Of a DNA stretch of 64,000 nt, positions 62,658 to 64,000 are shown piece by piece. The notes below the pieces were generated by a model. That model was given only the letters and a program-made list of their open reading frames with translations, was not told where the DNA came from and searched no databases. The translations under genes and the position numbers were made by a program. The stretch is from Pinctada imbricata. Its lineage: Eukaryota. Position 1 is the first letter of the stretch; every line of letters starts with the position of its first letter. Location of the stretch: NCBI GenBank assembly GCA_033119305.1, contig VSWD01000008.1:62068347-62132346 (forward strand), in the 5' to 3' direction.

Positions 62658-64000
62658 CTGCAAAATCACATGAAAATATTTAGAAAATAAACAAAAACCC
62701 ACAAAATTAACAAAGAATAGATAAGACATTAAACTGACATCATCTAATTCTAATAGCTCAAGAATACACTAAGGGCTTTGATGGAATTATTTTTAACGTC
62801 TTTTTTGTCTCTTTCCCATTTCATGCTTGTAATATTCACCCATATTAAACAAAAAAATATGTAAACATAAATGTTGTCACTAGAATTGTGAAATGAAAAA
62901 CTGTTCGATGTGAAACTCCGGACATAAAGCACGACAACATTATTACACTGGCATATAGTCGTGTTAACTTCCACAAGTTATAAAAGGCTGAAAAGCTAAT
63001 GCAAACTTTCACTTCAAAGAAATCTACAACACATCGAAATGGCTATGTAAAATACCTGGTTTATGACGTGACAAATTAGAATGTATAAAGTAGTTTAATT
63101 CGTACGTTTGAAGAAGGGGTTATCAAAAGCTGTTATCGCCAGTAATGTTACTTTCAGACGTTATTGGAGCATTTGTCAAATTCTACAGTAATAACTTGTA
63201 ACGGCCGTGACGAAATGAAAAGGAACGAGTTGTAATATATTTTGTCTAAACAATGCGATTTTCTTACGTATTGGTGTTCTTTTATACTCATAAAACTCTC
63301 AAGGAACACATATTCCATTCGTTTCCCAATTTCTTTGTCACTTCGTTACAAAATCATTGGTCAAATTCAAGTCTATAAATTTATAATAAAACATGAACAG
63401 TAAATGTATTCGGTTGAATTCTTGTCAAGATAAAGATAACCATGGATTGTTCTATGACATCGGGGTTTTTCACCATGTTCTATGAGCATGCATGACCCTC
63501 CATTCACAATGTACGTACGGCGAATACTAGACGATGTCAACCAAACCAAAGGATTATAAGAGCCCACTTTCCTTCTTCGTGTATGTAAACTATTTTCGAC
63601 AAATCAAACCACTTATGCCCTTCAAATTTACCGATCGAGTGAACTTTGTTGAGATGGTTTAACCAACTAGGGAAGCCTGAAGATTGCTCGAAATGCCAGA
63701 ATCTAGCTAGTGTCGGATACCTTAAATACCATTTTATTTCGTCTGGGGTCAGATATAATAGTACTTTTCAATTGTCTTTTTCATACGAAATAGAAAAAAA
63801 AAAGTACACTAAGTACGTAAATGGAGATACCAAATAAAACCAACGGAGACTATACTAGTGTTTTACAGAATTCAATATTGGCATGGTCTTTCATTCAAAA
63901 TGAATAATACACGTGTATATTCATATTCATTACTGGTCAAACACACTTTATTTGTTCTACCAAAGGTTAAACATCGTTGAAAATGTCTTTCACGAGAAAT

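Noticed and set aside
1-64000. Search for a prokaryotic-style defence or other novel multi-gene system
   Set aside because: There are no dense co-oriented ORFs or RBS-like contexts. The only long ORFs are an RT fragment, a transposase remnant and spliced exons. Novelty here lies in the repeat and transposon architecture and in the gene-family organisation, not in an operon.

Overview
This window is eukaryotic (metazoan) nuclear DNA: AT-rich, with spliced genes, a LINE reverse-transcriptase fragment and a mariner transposase remnant. It is not prokaryotic, so no operon, CRISPR or defence island can be supported. Roughly half of the window is tandem satellite arrays of 120-180 bp units. Almost all units share an AAAGTAGGTCA(A/G)GGTCA core. 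They sit inside non-autonomous transposon-like elements with a conserved 5' terminus, an internal satellite, a microsatellite and a 3' hairpin. This architecture is known from Helentron-derived HINE, pearl and DINE-1 elements, which are best described in bivalve molluscs; the taxon guess is inference only. At least six terminus families (F1-F6) recur and are nested in one another. Two additional elements carry long terminal inverted repeats flanked by perfect 9-bp target-site duplications. The protein-coding content is a minus-strand cluster of SPEF1/CLAMP-like ciliary genes (calponin-homology, DUF1042). One gene has an ATG exon at 52105 and further exons at 44372-44261, 34479-34271, 22011-21885 and two tandem alternative terminal coiled-coil exons at 20004-19891 and 19762-19649. 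Its introns are full of the satellite elements. Paralogous 3' ends of two more copies lie at 62657-60506 and 12157-11619. A plus-strand coiled-coil/acidic ORF at 10182 may be the first exon of an unrelated gene. Most six-frame ORFs in the supplied track fall inside satellites and are not genes.
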